DNA of 64,000 nucleotides from an uncultured delta proteobacterium. GTDB lineage: Bacteria > Myxococcota_A > Polyangia > Polyangiales > Polyangiaceae. The notes below the pieces were generated by a model. It saw nothing but the letters and a program-made list of their open reading frames with translations. It was not told where the DNA came from and did not search any database. Below are positions 1 through 10,903 of this stretch, one piece after another. Each line of letters starts with the position of its first letter. Position 1 is the first letter of the stretch. Where the stretch lies: assembly GCA_963841435.1 (NCBI GenBank), contig CAWJCS010000006.1, positions 1,184,001 through 1,248,000 of the forward strand, written 5' to 3'. A program made the position numbers and the translations under genes.

Positions 1-6
1 GCCGCC

Positions 7-1067
7 ATGCCACAGGATCTGCCAAAGGCCGCTCCCCGCGTCGTCCGAGAGCCGAAACCGGCCTGGCTCAAGGTGCGGGCGCCCGGCGGCGAGCGCTACG
101 CCTCGCTCAAGCAGACGCTGCGTAAGCTCGACCTTTACACGGTGTGCGAGGAAGCGCGCTGCCCGAACGTCGGCGAATGCTGGGCCGCGGGCACGGCCAC
201 CATCATGCTGCTCGGGCACACCTGCACGCGTGGCTGCCGCTTCTGTGCCGTCACGACGGGCAATCCGCGCGGCGCGTATGATCCGCGCGAGCCCGAGCAC
301 GTGGCGCGCGCCGTCGCCGAGCTCGACCTCGCCTACGTCGTGCTCACGATGGTCGATCGCGACGATCTCATCGACGGCGGCGCGTTGCAGGTCGCGCGCA
401 CCGTGCGCGGCCTTCGGGAACGCCGCCCCGAGCTGCTCGATCGAGACGCTCGTCGGCGATTTTCGTGGGCGGCTCGGCGACGTCGATACGGTGGTCGGTG
501 CCGGGCGCCGACGTCTTCGCGCACAACGTGGAGGTGCACGCGTCGCCTCACGCCGACGATCCGCGACGCGCGCTGCGACTACGATGGTTCGCTCGCCGTG
601 CTCCGTCACGCCAAGGAAGGCGCGCCTGAGCGCTTCGTGAAAAGCTCGATCATGGTGGGGATCGGAGAGACCGACGACGAGGTGCTCGAAACACTCTCGG
701 ACCTGAGAACGTCCGGCGTCGACATCGTGACGCTGGGCCAGTACCTGAGGCCCGACGCCGAAGCACGCTCCCGTGGCGCGTTACGTCCCACCCGAGACGT
801 TCGCGAGCTACGAGCGTGCCGCGCTCGACATGGGCTTTCGCCTTCGTCGTGGCCGGCCCGCTCGTGCGGTCGAGCTACCACGCTGCGGAAGGCTTCGTGG
901 CGGCGCGTCGGAGCACTGCCCAAGGCTCGACCCCGAGCGTGAGTTCCACCCCGGGCGTGAAGGTGCCCCCCGATGGCTTCGTGGAGCCTCGCCCTCTGCT
1001 CGCGGCGACGAGCGCCGTGCACGGAGGCGGCCTCATCGGACCGGAGCTTTGCTCAGGCGTTCGGTGA
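7..1067 (+). CDS. lipA: Lipoyl synthase (radical SAM), broken by several frameshifts
   Basis: CEEARCPNVGEC and CTRGCRFC motifs, TLGQYLRP, and the C-terminal GPLVRSSYHA are spread over ORFs 7..942, 230..640, 773..1099 and 816..1067. It sits next to a lipoate-dependent dehydrogenase cluster. Confidence 0.93.
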
Positions 1068-1179
1068 CCGGCGGGCCGAAAACCACGGATGGCACCTGAG
1101 GCCTTTCCCTGCGGAAGAGTCGGGACTAGCCTTTAAAACCCGCCAAGCTCGCGCGCTCCCCAGACCCCGAAACCCCTTC

Positions 1180-1746
1180 ATGACCGCGTCCGACTCGAGT
1201 CTCATCGGCAAGGTGGCAAAGCAGCTGAGCCGCCCGCCCTCCTACGCCGACAAGGGCCTGAAGGATTCGATCCTGGTCGCTGCCGCAGCGTCTTATGGGG
1301 CCAAGTCTCCCGACGATCTGACGCAGCCCACGGGCTTCGACCCAGAAGCCGCGCGGCTGTTCGAGGCGATCGTCGAAAGCGCATACCTCGTTGCGAACGC
1401 CGACGGAGAGTTCGACGCGACGGAGCGCGACGCGTTCCAGCACGTCGTGCTCTCGGCGTGCGATGGGCGCGTCGCCGAGCGCCAGATCATCGCACTGCTC
1501 CAGGACCTGAACGATCAGCTGGCGGAAGACGGTATCGACAAGCGGATTGAGATGGTCTCGACGGGTATCCAGCGTGGCGATCACGCGCGGGAGATCTTGC
1601 GCGTGGCGTCGTTTTTGGCACACGTGTCCGGGGGCGTGAGCGACGTGGAGCGCTCCGTGCTGGAGAAGCTCCGGGGAGCGCTCGGCCTCGATGGATCGGC
1701 CACGGCATCTGCGCTGGACGAGGTTCGAGCGGCCCTTTCCGAGTAG
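1180..1746 (+). CDS. TerB-family (tellurite resistance B-like) protein
   Basis: Two TerB-like half motifs, LVANADGEFDATE and LAHVSGGVSDVE; ATG at 1180 within ORF 973..1746. Confidence 0.75.
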   Translation: MTASDSSLIGKVAKQLSRPPSYADKGLKDSILVAAAASYGAKSPDDLTQPTGFDPEAARLFEAIVESAYLVANADGEFDATERDAFQHVVLSACDGRVAERQIIALLQDLNDQLAEDGIDKRIEMVSTGIQRGDHAREILRVASFLAHVSGGVSDVERSVLEKLRGALGLDGSATASALDEVRAALSE

Positions 1747-1815
1747 CCGGCCCGCGGGGGCCAGGCGGAAACCGTGCCGCGCGACGCGACGCGTCGTGCG
1801 GCCCCGATTGAGACG

Positions 1816-2943
1816 ATGAAGCGAGCACAGAACCGCCCTTTCCCGTACGACGACCCGAGCGCGATCGTCAGCGTGCTTCAGAGCGACGGTAGCCTCGACG
1901 AAGAGCACGACCCGGGGCTCAGTAGCGCCGAGGTCGTGAGCATCTATCGCAGTCTCGTGGAGACTCGCGCCTTCGACGAGCGCTTCACGGCGCTGCAGCG
2001 CCAGGGGCGCATCGGCTTCCACGTCGGCTCGCTGGGCGAGGAGGCGGCGATCCTCGGCTCGGCCTTCGCGATGCGGCAAAAGGACTGGCTGTTCCCCTGC
2101 TACCGCGAGTTCGGCGCGGCTCTCATGCGCGGGCTGCCGTTCCAGAAGCTCGTCGACAACATGTTCGGCAACGCGAACGATACCGTCAAGGGGCGGCAGA
2201 TGCCCTGCCACTACACGTGTCGCGCGATCGGTTGGGCGTCGATCAGCTCGCCCGTGGGGACGCAGATCACGCACGCCGTGGGCTTCGCCTGGGCCGCGAA
2301 GATCCGCCGCGAGGACGTGGCATCGCTCGTCTACTTCGGCGACGGCGCGACGAGCTCTTCCGATTTTCACAGCGGCGTGAACTTCGCGGGAGTGTTCCGC
2401 CTGCCCGTGGTGTTCTTGTGTCGCAACAACGGCTGGGCCATCAGCGTGCCCGTGGAACGCCAGACGGCGACGCAGACCTTCGCGGAAAAGGCCGTCGCGT
2501 ACGGCATTCCCGGCGTGCGCGTCGACGGAAACGACGTGTTCGCCGTGATTTCGGCGACCCAGAAGGCGGTGGAGCGGGGCGCTCGGGGCGAGGGGCCGAC
2601 GTTGATCGAAGCCATCACCTACCGCATGGGTGGCCACTCGACGAGCGACGACCCGAATCGCTACCGCGCCACCGAGGCGCTCGAGGCCTGGGCGGCGCGC
2701 GACCCCATCGAGCGTCTGCGGAGCTACCTCGCGCTCAACGACCTCTGGCACGCCGACGACCAGCAGAAACTCGAGGCCGACATCGACCGACGTTTCCGCG
2801 AGGCCGTGGCGCTCGCCGAACGCACGCCGCCGCCACCCCTCGAGACGATGTTCGACGACGTCTACGCGAGCGTCCCGTGGCACTTGGCCGAGCAGCGCAA
2901 CGAGCTCTTGCGCGGGCCGCGCGCGCCAGGGAGCCACGGGTAG
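1816..2943 (+). CDS. 2-oxoacid (pyruvate/branched-chain) dehydrogenase E1 alpha subunit
   Basis: TPP motif YFGDGATS...[14 protein letters not shown] and LQRQGRIGF. An alternative start lies at 1774. Confidence 0.93.
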   Translation: MKRAQNRPFPYDDPSAIVSVLQSDGSLDEEHDPGLSSAEVVSIYRSLVETRAFDERFTALQRQGRIGFHVGSLGEEAAILGSAFAMRQKDWLFPCYREFGAALMRGLPFQKLVDNMFGNANDTVKGRQMPCHYTCRAIGWASISSPVGTQITHAVGFAWAAKIRREDVASLVYFGDGATSSSDFHSGVNFAGVFRLPVVFLCRNNGWAISVPVERQTATQTFAEKAVAYGIPGVRVDGNDVFAVISATQKAVERGARGEGPTLIEAITYRMGGHSTSDDPNRYRATEALEAWAARDPIERLRSYLALNDLWHADDQQKLEADIDRRFREAVALAERTPPPPLETMFDDVYASVPWHLAEQRNELLRGPRAPGSHG

Positions 2944-2950
2944 GGTCGGG

Positions 2951-3927
2951 ATGTCGCAGATCAACATGGTCCAGGCCATCAACGATGCCCTTCGCGTCGC
3001 CATGCGGGAGGACGCGCGGGTCGTCGTGATGGGTGAGGACGTCGGTAAGGTGGGCGGCGTTTTCCGCGTCACCGCGGGACTGCACGACGAGTTCGGCGAG
3101 GAGCGCGTCATCGACACGCCGCTCAGCGAGAACGGCATCGTCGGCTCGGCCGTGGGGATGGCGCTCTACGGCATGTGCCCGGTCGTCGAGATCCAGTTCG
3201 CCGATTTCATCTGGCCCGCCTACGACCAGATCGTCAACGAGCTTGCCAAGTATCGCTATCGGTCGGGAGGCGACCACTCCGCCAAGATCGTGATCCGCAC
3301 ACCCGTCGGGGGCGGCATCCGCGGCGGGCACTACCACTCACAACATCCCGAGGCGGCGTTCGTGAGCGTACCGGGGCTCAAGGTCGTGATCCCGTCGAAC
3401 CCCTACGACGCCAAGGGCTTGTTGCTCGCCGCCATACGCGATCCCGATCCGGTCGTCTTTCTCGAGCCGAAGCGCGTCTATCGTGCCGCCAAGGGCGAGG
3501 TGCCCGAGGGCTCCTACAGCGTGCCGCTCGAGTCGGCCACGCATCGCGCGCGCCGGTCGTCACGTCACGGTGCTCGCTTACGGCGCCATGCTCTACGAGG
3601 CACTCGATGCCGCGCAGAAAGCCGCCCAGAAGGGCGTCGAGGCGGAGGTCATCGACCTCCGGACGCTCTGGCCCGTGGACATCGTCACCATTCTCGACAG
3701 CGTGAAACGCACCGGACGTCTCGATCATCGTCCACGAGGCTCCCCGGACGGGGGGCTTCGGCGCCGAGCTCGTCAGCCTGGTGACCGAGCGCGCGTTCTT
3801 CCACCTCGAGGCGCCGCCCATTCGGGTCACGGGCTTCGACACGCCGTTCCCGTACACGTTGGAGATGGAGTACCTGCCGCTCTCGCACCGGATTTTGCCG
3901 GCGATCCTCGGGGCGGTTCACCCGTGA
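2951..3927 (+). CDS. 2-oxoacid dehydrogenase E1 beta subunit (two frameshifts, ~3540 and ~3720)
   Basis: [28 protein letters not shown], then [10 protein letters not shown] in a second frame and GFDTPFP in a third, ending at TGA 3925-3927. Confidence 0.92.
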
Positions 3928-3973
3928 CCCGGTAGACACTCGGCTCGCCCCGGGCTAGAACCGCGCAGCAAGA

Positions 3974-5296
3974 ATGTCGAAGCTCGAGTTCAAGCTGCCT
4001 GACATCGGTGAGGGAGTCACCGAAGGCGAGATCGTCAACTGGCTCGTCCAGGAGGGCGACCCCGTGGCCGAGAACCAGGAGATGGTCGAGGTCATGACGG
4101 ACAAGGCGACCGTCACCATCGGCGCGCCAAAAGCCGGCAAAGTGGCCGAGCGCCGCTTCAAGGTGGGCGACACCGTCCCCGTCGGCGAGATCCTCATCGT
4201 CATCGAGCTCTCTGGCGGCGGTGCGGCTGTCGAGGCACCGAAGGCCGCGCCCGCTCCGGCTCCGGCCGCCGCGAGCTCGAGCGGACCGGTTGCGAGCGCC
4301 GTCGGGGATATCCGCGAGACGCTGCCGGGTATGACGCCCTCGCCGGCTCCAGCCCCCGCCGTCTCGCCGAAGAACGGCGACTTCTTCTCGGACAAGCCGC
4401 TCGCCGCTCCCGCCACGCGCAAGCTCGCCCGCGAGCTCGGCGTCGACCTCCGTCGCGTGGAGCCGTCCGGCTCGTCGGGGCGCGTGACGCGCGAAGACGT
4501 CGAGCGTCACGCCCAGGGGGCGCCCGCCGCTGCGGCGCCGGCCCCGGCTGCCGCGCCGCCGCCCGCCGCCGCACCCCCGCCCAAGGCGAGCGCGGGCGAC
4601 GAGCGCGTCCCCGTGCGTGGCCTGCGCAAGCGGATCTGGGAAAACATGGCGCGGTCGAAGCACACGGCCGCCCACTTCAACTACGTCGACGAATGCGACG
4701 TCGGGCGGCTGATCGAGCTGCGCGACCGTGCCAAGCCCCACGCCGAACGAGCGGGTGTCAAGCTCACCTTCCTGCCCTTCATCGTGAAGGCGGTCGTCGC
4801 GGCGCTGAAGCTGCACCCGCGCCTGAACACGCTCGTCGACGAGCAGGCGATGGAGCTCGTCGTCAAGAAGAGCTACGACATCGGCATCGCCATGGCGACC
4901 GACGCGGGCCTCATGGTGCCCGTCGTTCGCGGCGCGGATCGCTTGAGCGTCCTCGACATCGGGCGCGAGATCGACCGGCTCGCCAGCGCGGCGCGCGATG
5001 GAAAATCGCAACGCGAGGATCTCGGCGGGTCGACCTTCACCGTGAGCTCGCTAGGCAAGCTCGGGGGCCTGCTCGCGCCACCCATCATCAATCACCCGGA
5101 GGTGGGGATCATGGGCGTCCACGCGATCAAGAAGCGCCCCGTGGTGCGCGGCAACGAGATCGTCGTCGGCGACATCATGCTCCTCAGCTTCTCGTTCGAT
5201 CACCGCATCATCGACGGCGACGTCGGCGCTCTGTTCGCGCAGGAAGTGATCAGCTTTCTCGAGAATCCCGACCGACTTTTGCTCGAAATGAGCTAG
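3974..5296 (+). CDS. Dihydrolipoamide acyltransferase E2
   Basis: Lipoyl domain (EVMTDKA), peripheral-subunit-binding domain (AAPATRKLAREL) and catalytic DHRIIDG. Confidence 0.95.
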   Translation: MSKLEFKLPDIGEGVTEGEIVNWLVQEGDPVAENQEMVEVMTDKATVTIGAPKAGKVAERRFKVGDTVPVGEILIVIELSGGGAAVEAPKAAPAPAPAAASSSGPVASAVGDIRETLPGMTPSPAPAPAVSPKNGDFFSDKPLAAPATRKLARELGVDLRRVEPSGSSGRVTREDVERHAQGAPAAAAPAPAAAPPPAAAPPPKASAGDERVPVRGLRKRIWENMARSKHTAAHFNYVDECDVGRLIELRDRAKPHAERAGVKLTFLPFIVKAVVAALKLHPRLNTLVDEQAMELVVKKSYDIGIAMATDAGLMVPVVRGADRLSVLDIGREIDRLASAARDGKSQREDLGGSTFTVSSLGKLGGLLAPPIINHPEVGIMGVHAIKKRPVVRGNEIVVGDIMLLSFSFDHRIIDGDVGALFAQEVISFLENPDRLLLEMS

Positions 5297-5445
5297 GTTT
5301 CTGCTGCACGGCCGTTCGGCCTACATGCGCGCCCAGCCTCCCACATCGGCGCACCAGAAAACGCGAAGGTCAGACGAACGACGGCGTCGAGACCTCCGAA
5401 GCTCTCGCCTCGTCGAGGTTTCGGGGTTACCATTTTGATTCTGAA

Positions 5446-6492
5446 GTGTCTCGTTCCCAGGCAGCCATCGCACGCCGCTTCGGTGTGATTGCCGCACTGG
5501 TCGTCGTCACGGCGACCGGGTGGGCACACGCTCAAGGTGCGGAGCCGACGCCCGCCGAGCTGAAGGAAGCCGCCGAGGCCTTCGACCACGGACGCGAGGC
5601 ATACAAGGCCGAGCGTTTCGCAGAAGCAGCCGACCAGTTCGAGCTCGCCGATTCGAGCGCCCCGAGCAGCACGGCGCTCGGCCTCGCCCTTCGCTCTCGG
5701 GACAGGGCGGGCGATCTCGACCGCGCGGGGACGCTGGCGGCGCTGGCTCTCGAGCGTTACCCCGACGACCCGGACATCGCAAAAGTCGCCCCCGACGTGC
5801 TCACGCGCGCGCGCAGCGAGCTTTACGAGATCACGATCAGCTGCGACGAGGCCTGCGAGCTCGCGGACGGTACCAAGGTCGTGCACGGCGCGGCCGCCCG
5901 GCAACGCACGGTCTTTCTGACGTCGGGCACGCACGAGCTGCGTGCCGGGTTCGCCGACGGGCGCACGGTCGACAAGTCCGTCGGCGCCATCCCGGGCACG
6001 AACGGGACGCTTTCCTTCGAAGCGCCACCGCCCGAGCCCGAGGTCGCGGCCCCATCGGAGCCCGAGCCCGTGATCGCGTCCACAACGCCCGAGCCGACGC
6101 TCGACGAGGAGCCCAAGAAGCCCGGCGGGCTTTCGCCGGTCGTGTTCTACGTCGCGGCCGGAGCGACGGTCGTTGCGGTGGGTGTCACGGTTTGGAGCGG
6201 CCTCGATACCCTGAAAAATCCGGGCCAGGACCGCGTGCGCACGGAATGCCGGGAAGGCGACGTGAGCTGCCCGACCTACAAAGCTGGCCTCGCTCACCAG
6301 CGTCGCACCAACATCCTGATCGGGGTCACCGCCGGCCTCGGGGTCGCCACGGGCTTGATCGCTGCGCTCGCGGTGAACTGGAGCGGCGACTCCGCGCCCG
6401 CACAGGATGCCAAGCTCCACCCAGGGCCACGTGTCGAGCCGTTCATGGCGTTCGGTGACGGCGCCACGCTCGGCGCGCGGGGGACCTTCTGA
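5446..6492 (+). CDS. Secreted/membrane TPR- and PEGA-like protein typical of myxobacteria
   Basis: Signal peptide ending AHA, helical TPR-like N-terminus, Pro-rich linker and C-terminal hydrophobic segments. Its stop overlaps the kinase start (TGATG). Confidence 0.6.
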   Translation: MSRSQAAIARRFGVIAALVVVTATGWAHAQGAEPTPAELKEAAEAFDHGREAYKAERFAEAADQFELADSSAPSSTALGLALRSRDRAGDLDRAGTLAALALERYPDDPDIAKVAPDVLTRARSELYEITISCDEACELADGTKVVHGAAARQRTVFLTSGTHELRAGFADGRTVDKSVGAIPGTNGTLSFEAPPPEPEVAAPSEPEPVIASTTPEPTLDEEPKKPGGLSPVVFYVAAGATVVAVGVTVWSGLDTLKNPGQDRVRTECREGDVSCPTYKAGLAHQRRTNILIGVTAGLGVATGLIAALAVNWSGDSAPAQDAKLHPGPRVEPFMAFGDGATLGARGTF

Positions 6493-7955
6493 TGGTCGCG
6501 GCGCGGCTGTTCGAGCCCGGCACCGGTCGGCAGCGCGTCGATCGCTACGATCTCGTCGGCGAGATCGCCTCGGGCGGCATGGCCACCGTCTTCCTCGCGC
6601 GGCTCACGGGCGTGGGAGGGTTCCAGCGCTTCGTGGCGATCAAGCGGCTGCATCCGCACCTGGCCGGCGAGCAGGAGTTCGTGGAGATGTTCCTCGACGA
6701 GGCGCGCCTCGCCGCGGGTATCCACCACCCGAACGTCGTTTCCATCGTCGAGGTGGGGGCGAGCCCGCTCGGCTACTACCTCGTGATGGAGTACATCGAG
6801 GGGGATACGCTCGCGAGGCTCCTCGCGCGGGCCGCAGGCAAGGGTCAGCGGCTGCCCACGCCCATTGCGTTGCGCATCGTGCTCGACACGCTGTTCGGCC
6901 TGCACGGCGCTCACGAGCTCAAGGACGACAAGGGCAAGATCCTCGAGCTCGTCCACCGCGACGTTTCCCCGCAAAATGTGCTGGTCGGTATCGACGGCGC
7001 GGCACGCATCACCGACTTCGGCGTAGCGCGATCGATGAGCCGACTCACGTCGACGCGCGTCGGCCAGCTCAAGGGCAAGCTCGCTTACATGGCGCCGGAG
7101 CAGGCCCAGGGGGAAGGACTCGACCGCCGCGCCGACGTGTTCTCGGCGGGCATTCTCATCTGGGAGACGCTCGCGGCGAAGCGCCTGTTCAAGGCAGAGA
7201 ACGAGGCCGCCACGCTCTCGCGCGTGATGAACGAGCCCATTCCGGACCTTTTCCGCGTCGCGCCGCACCTGAGCCGTGAGCTCTCCGCCGTGGTCAAGCG
7301 CGCGCTCGACCGCGATCGGAACCGGCGTTTCTCGACCACACAGCAGTTCGCGGAGGCGATCGAGATCGCGGCAAAGGATCGCGACGGCATCGCTTCGGCG
7401 CGGGACGTGGCGGCCTTCGTCAAGGAGATGATCGGCCAGGAGATCGAGCAGCAGCGCGAGGCCGTGCGCGCCTGGCTCGCTCGCAGCGAGCCGAGCGAGG
7501 TGGGTGCGCTCGCCCAGCCCCAGGCGCCGTCGAGCGTTTCCGTGGCGGCGATGTCGTTGCCTGGCGAGGGCTCGCGCAGCGTCACGCACGAGGCGCTGTC
7601 GGGCGTGATGGCGCCGCGGCGCTCGAAGGCGCCGCTCGTCGCGCTCGTCATCCTGCTCTTCGGAGCAGCGGGGGCCGGGGGCTTCTTGGCGCTCGCGCAG
7701 TCAGCGCCGCCCGCCCCGACGGCCATCGTCGTGCCCGTTCCGGTCCCGCCGCCGGAGGCCCCCAAGCCGGCGGGGAGGTCGGAGCCCACTGCCGCGCCGG
7801 GCGAGACGGCGACCGTCGCCCCGGTGTCCCCGTCAGCGCTCCCGACGGCGACGGCGGAGCCCTCGACCCTCTCGCCCAAGCCCGCCCCACGGGCCCCGGT
7901 GCGCCCGCGGAAGAAGAAAGACGACGCGCTGGACGTGAGAAACCCGTACCGTTAG
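6492..7955 (+). CDS. Eukaryote-like Ser/Thr protein kinase with TM segment and Pro-rich tail
   Basis: GGMATV, VAIK, HRDVSPQN, DFG and YMAPEQ motifs. Confidence 0.95.
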   Translation: MVAARLFEPGTGRQRVDRYDLVGEIASGGMATVFLARLTGVGGFQRFVAIKRLHPHLAGEQEFVEMFLDEARLAAGIHHPNVVSIVEVGASPLGYYLVMEYIEGDTLARLLARAAGKGQRLPTPIALRIVLDTLFGLHGAHELKDDKGKILELVHRDVSPQNVLVGIDGAARITDFGVARSMSRLTSTRVGQLKGKLAYMAPEQAQGEGLDRRADVFSAGILIWETLAAKRLFKAENEAATLSRVMNEPIPDLFRVAPHLSRELSAVVKRALDRDRNRRFSTTQQFAEAIEIAAKDRDGIASARDVAAFVKEMIGQEIEQQREAVRAWLARSEPSEVGALAQPQAPSSVSVAAMSLPGEGSRSVTHEALSGVMAPRRSKAPLVALVILLFGAAGAGGFLALAQSAPPAPTAIVVPVPVPPPEAPKPAGRSEPTAAPGETATVAPVSPSALPTATAEPSTLSPKPAPRAPVRPRKKKDDALDVRNPYR

Positions 7956-7979
7956 ACGTGACGCCGCTCGATGGCCCGG

Positions 7980-8008
7980 TTGACAGGCCTCGGGGCGACT
8001 GCTAGTTG
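7980..8008 (+). promoter_or_regulatory. Putative sigma70 promoter for the prs-rplY-pth operon
   Basis: Perfect TTGACA, a 17-nt spacer, then TAGTTG with TG two bases upstream (extended -10 position); ~60 nt before prs. Confidence 0.5.
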
Positions 8009-8070
8009 TCCGCTCCCCGCCGGGCGGCCGCTCGGAAGAGTGCCGTAATTTCGCGGGTTTATGGTTAGCC

Positions 8071-9018
8071 GTGGCCCTCAAGCGAGTCTGTCTCTTCAGC
8101 GGCAACGCAAATCTCGAGCTCGCGGCCGAGATCGCGCGTGTGCTCGATACGCCACTCGGCGAGGCGCGCGTCACGCGTTTCAGTGACGCCGAGACGTTCT
8201 GCGAGATCCGCGAGAACGTGCGCGGGCTCGACACGTACATCGTGCAGCCGACCTCGTCCCCCGTGAACGACAACCTGATGGAGCTGCTCATCATGTGCGA
8301 CGCCCTGCGGCGTGCCTCGGCGGCGGCCATCACGGCGGTGATCCCCTACTACGGCTACGCACGCCAGGACCGCAAGGTCGCTCCCCGTACGCCGATCACG
8401 TCCAAGCTCGTCGCGGATCTGCTGGTTGCCGCCGGCATCTCGCGCGTGGTGTGCGTGGACCTGCACGCGGGGCAAATCCAGGGATTTTTCAACATCCCCT
8501 TCGACCACCTCTACGCGCTACCCGTCTTCCTCGACGACTACTTGAAGGTGAAGTTCGACAGGGAAGCGGTGTTCATCTCGCCCGACGCCGGCGGCGTGGA
8601 ACGGACGCGCGCGTACTCCAAGCGGCTCGACGCCTCACTCGCGATCGTCGACAAGCGTCGCGAGCGCGCGAACGTGAGCGAGGTGATGCATCTCATCGGC
8701 GACGTCAAGGGTCGCGACTGCATCATCGTCGACGACATCATCGACACGGCCGGCACGCTCTGCAACGCGGCGCGCGCCGTCATGAACAACGGCGCTCGTA
8801 GCGTCGTGGCTTGCGCCACGCACGGCGTCCTCAGCGGTCCCGCCGTACAGCGCATCGAGGACTCGCCGCTCTCCGAGGTCGTGGTGTCGAATTCGGTTCC
8901 GCTCTCGGAGCGCGCCAAGGCCTGCAAGAAGATCCGTACCATTTCGATCGCACGCCTCCTTGGCGAAGCGATTCGACGCATTCACAACAGCGACTCGGTC
9001 TCGTCGCTGTTCGTCTAG
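8071..9018 (+). CDS. prs: Ribose-phosphate pyrophosphokinase
   Basis: [22 protein letters not shown] and DDIIDTAGT motifs. Confidence 0.97.
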   Translation: MALKRVCLFSGNANLELAAEIARVLDTPLGEARVTRFSDAETFCEIRENVRGLDTYIVQPTSSPVNDNLMELLIMCDALRRASAAAITAVIPYYGYARQDRKVAPRTPITSKLVADLLVAAGISRVVCVDLHAGQIQGFFNIPFDHLYALPVFLDDYLKVKFDREAVFISPDAGGVERTRAYSKRLDASLAIVDKRRERANVSEVMHLIGDVKGRDCIIVDDIIDTAGTLCNAARAVMNNGARSVVACATHGVLSGPAVQRIEDSPLSEVVVSNSVPLSERAKACKKIRTISIARLLGEAIRRIHNSDSVSSLFV

Positions 9019-9030
9019 AGGAAGAACACG

Positions 9031-9720
9031 ATGGAACTCAGAAAAGTCAGCGCGACGCCTCGGGTGGGCATGGGTAAGAGCGAAAGCGGGCGTTTGCGGC
9101 GCACGGGGCAGATCCCGGCGGTGGCCTATGGTCGCGGGCAAGCCGCGCGTTCGCTCAGCGTCTCGCCGGCGGATCTCGCGGGCGTGCTCGGGAGCGCTCA
9201 CGGCAAGAACACGGTCATCGAGCTCAGCGTGGGCCAGAGCGAGAAGCTCACGGTGCTGCTGCGCGAGTATCAGCACCACCCGGTTTCGCGCGCCTTCCTG
9301 CACGCCGATTTCGTCCAGATCGCCCTCGACCAGCCCGTCGACGTCGAGGTGCCGCTCGAGACGACCGGCAAGCCGGTCGGCGTCGTGAAGGGTGGCGTCC
9401 TGCGCCAGGTGTTTCGCAAGATCCCGGTGCGCTGCCTGCCGAGCCTGATTCCCGTCAACGTCGTTCACGACGTGACGGCGCTCGACCTCGATGGACACGT
9501 CGCTGCCAAGGATCTCGGGCTCCCCGAGGGCGTGAGCGTGCGTCTGCCCCCCGCGCAGACCGTGATCGCCGTCGTCACCGAGAAGCAGGCTCCGGACGAG
9601 GCCGAGGAAGAGGCCAAGGCTGCCGCGGCGGGCGCGGCGACTGCGGCGGCGGCGGCTGCTGCCGCTCCGGCCGATAAGGCCGCCGAGAAGGCCCCGGAGA
9701 AGAAGTCCGAGAAGAAGTAG
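9031..9720 (+). CDS. rplY: 50S ribosomal protein L25/Ctc (long form)
   Basis: GQIPAVAYG, QHHPV...HADF and GVVKGG motifs; conserved prs-rplY-pth order. Confidence 0.95.
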   Translation: MELRKVSATPRVGMGKSESGRLRRTGQIPAVAYGRGQAARSLSVSPADLAGVLGSAHGKNTVIELSVGQSEKLTVLLREYQHHPVSRAFLHADFVQIALDQPVDVEVPLETTGKPVGVVKGGVLRQVFRKIPVRCLPSLIPVNVVHDVTALDLDGHVAAKDLGLPEGVSVRLPPAQTVIAVVTEKQAPDEAEEEAKAAAAGAATAAAAAAAAPADKAAEKAPEKKSEKK

Positions 9721-9722
9721 AC

Positions 9723-10298
9723 GTGCTCGTCGTGGGGCTCGGCAACCCCGGAGCGGAGTACGCCGCGACCCGGCACAACGTGGGCTTCGTCGTCGTGGAC
9801 GAGCTCGCGTCCCGGGCCGGTGGGCCGCCCTTCAGGAAGAAGTTCCACGGTGAGCTAGCCGAGGCGAGGGGCGTGGCGGCGCTCACCCTCCTCAAGCCCA
9901 TGACGTACATGAACGACTCGGGGCGCAGCGTCGGAGCGGCGGTCGCGTTCTTCAAAATCCCGCTTTCCGAGGTCATCGTGGTCCACGACGAGATTGATCT
10001 GCCTTTCGGGGAAATCCGACTCAAATCGGGCGGTGGGGACGCTGGGCACCGTGGCGTGCGCTCGCTCGTCGCCCACCTGCGCAGCCCCGATTTCGTGCGG
10101 GTGAGGGTGGGGGTGGGGCGGCCCCCGCCGGGATTTCGCGGTAGCGCCGCAGATTTCGTGCTAGAGGGCTTCGCGCCCGCGGAACGGGCGGAGCTCGGAC
10201 CTCTGGTCACGCGCGCCGCTGACGCCGCGGAGCTCATCGCGATCCGCGGGCTCGCGGCGGCGATGAACGAGATCCACCGCTCGAAGCTTCCGAGCTGA
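9723..10298 (+). CDS. pth: Peptidyl-tRNA hydrolase
   Basis: LVVGLGNPG, TRHNVGF, KPMTYMNDSG and GHRG motifs. Confidence 0.96.
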   Translation: MLVVGLGNPGAEYAATRHNVGFVVVDELASRAGGPPFRKKFHGELAEARGVAALTLLKPMTYMNDSGRSVGAAVAFFKIPLSEVIVVHDEIDLPFGEIRLKSGGGDAGHRGVRSLVAHLRSPDFVRVRVGVGRPPPGFRGSAADFVLEGFAPAERAELGPLVTRAADAAELIAIRGLAAAMNEIHRSKLPS

Positions 10299-10307
10299 CG
10301 GCGCTGG

Positions 10308-10354
10308 CTCCTTGCTCCCGGGAATTGTCCCGGGGGCCGCAAGTCCAGAAGGAG
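10308..10354 (+). promoter_or_regulatory. S6:S18 ribosomal protein leader (rpsF cis-regulatory RNA)
   Basis: CTCCTT pairs with the Shine-Dalgarno AAGGAG. The inner hairpin CCCGGGA-ATTG-TCCCGGG is followed by an unpaired CCG, directly before rpsF. Confidence 0.7.
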
Positions 10355-10360
10355 ATTGTC

Positions 10361-10903
10361 ATGAGCGAGACCACCCCGGCAAAAAGCCGCCTCCGAGAAT
10401 ACGAAACGATCTACATCCTGCGGCCCGACGTGACGCGCGACGCCCAGGAGCGCGTCGCCGCCCGCATGAACGAGGTGCTCGGCCGCGAGCAGGGGCGCCT
10501 CACCGCGATCGAGAACTGGGGGCGGCGCCAGCTCGCCTACCCCGTGGCCAAGCAGAAGCGCGGCGTTTACGTGTACCTGCGCTACCTCGGTGGTGGCGGT
10601 CTCGTGAGCGAGATCGAGCGCAACCTCAGGGTGCTCGACGAGGTCGTGAAGTTTCAGACCATCCAGATCAAGCTGGACGTCGACGCCGACGCGGTCACGG
10701 TCAACCCTGACGACGTGAAATTCGAGGCGGTCGAGCCGCCCCAGCCGGGCGAAGAGGAGGGCGAGCGCATCGAGCAGATCCTCGGCTTCGAGCGCGGTCC
10801 GGAGCGAGCGCGCTCCGAAGACGGCTACGGTGACGAGGAGGGCGACTTCAACGCTGAGGAGCCGCAGGGCGAGAACGCAGGCGCCAAGGAAGGTGGACGA
10901 TGA
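10361..10903 (+). CDS. rpsF: 30S ribosomal protein S6 with acidic C-terminal extension
   Basis: [12 protein letters not shown] and [10 protein letters not shown] motifs; AAGGAG RBS. Confidence 0.96.
   Translation: MSETTPAKSRLREYETIYILRPDVTRDAQERVAARMNEVLGREQGRLTAIENWGRRQLAYPVAKQKRGVYVYLRYLGGGGLVSEIERNLRVLDEVVKFQTIQIKLDVDADAVTVNPDDVKFEAVEPPQPGEEEGERIEQILGFERGPERARSEDGYGDEEGDFNAEEPQGENAGAKEGGR

Noticed and set aside
7-1067. lipA and E1 beta as true pseudogenes or programmed frameshifts
   Set aside because: Motifs are fully conserved, no slippery sites were recognised, and similar indels occur across unrelated genes.
1126-3138. Long antisense ORFs (also 43529..45487, 45533..47473, 54790..56901, 62057..63205)
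   Set aside because: These are shadow ORFs opposite well-supported genes, as expected in high-GC DNA with few stop codons.
7956-8070. tRNA-Gln, often found upstream of prs
   Set aside because: No cloverleaf or GTTCGA T-loop; the gap looks like promoter sequence.
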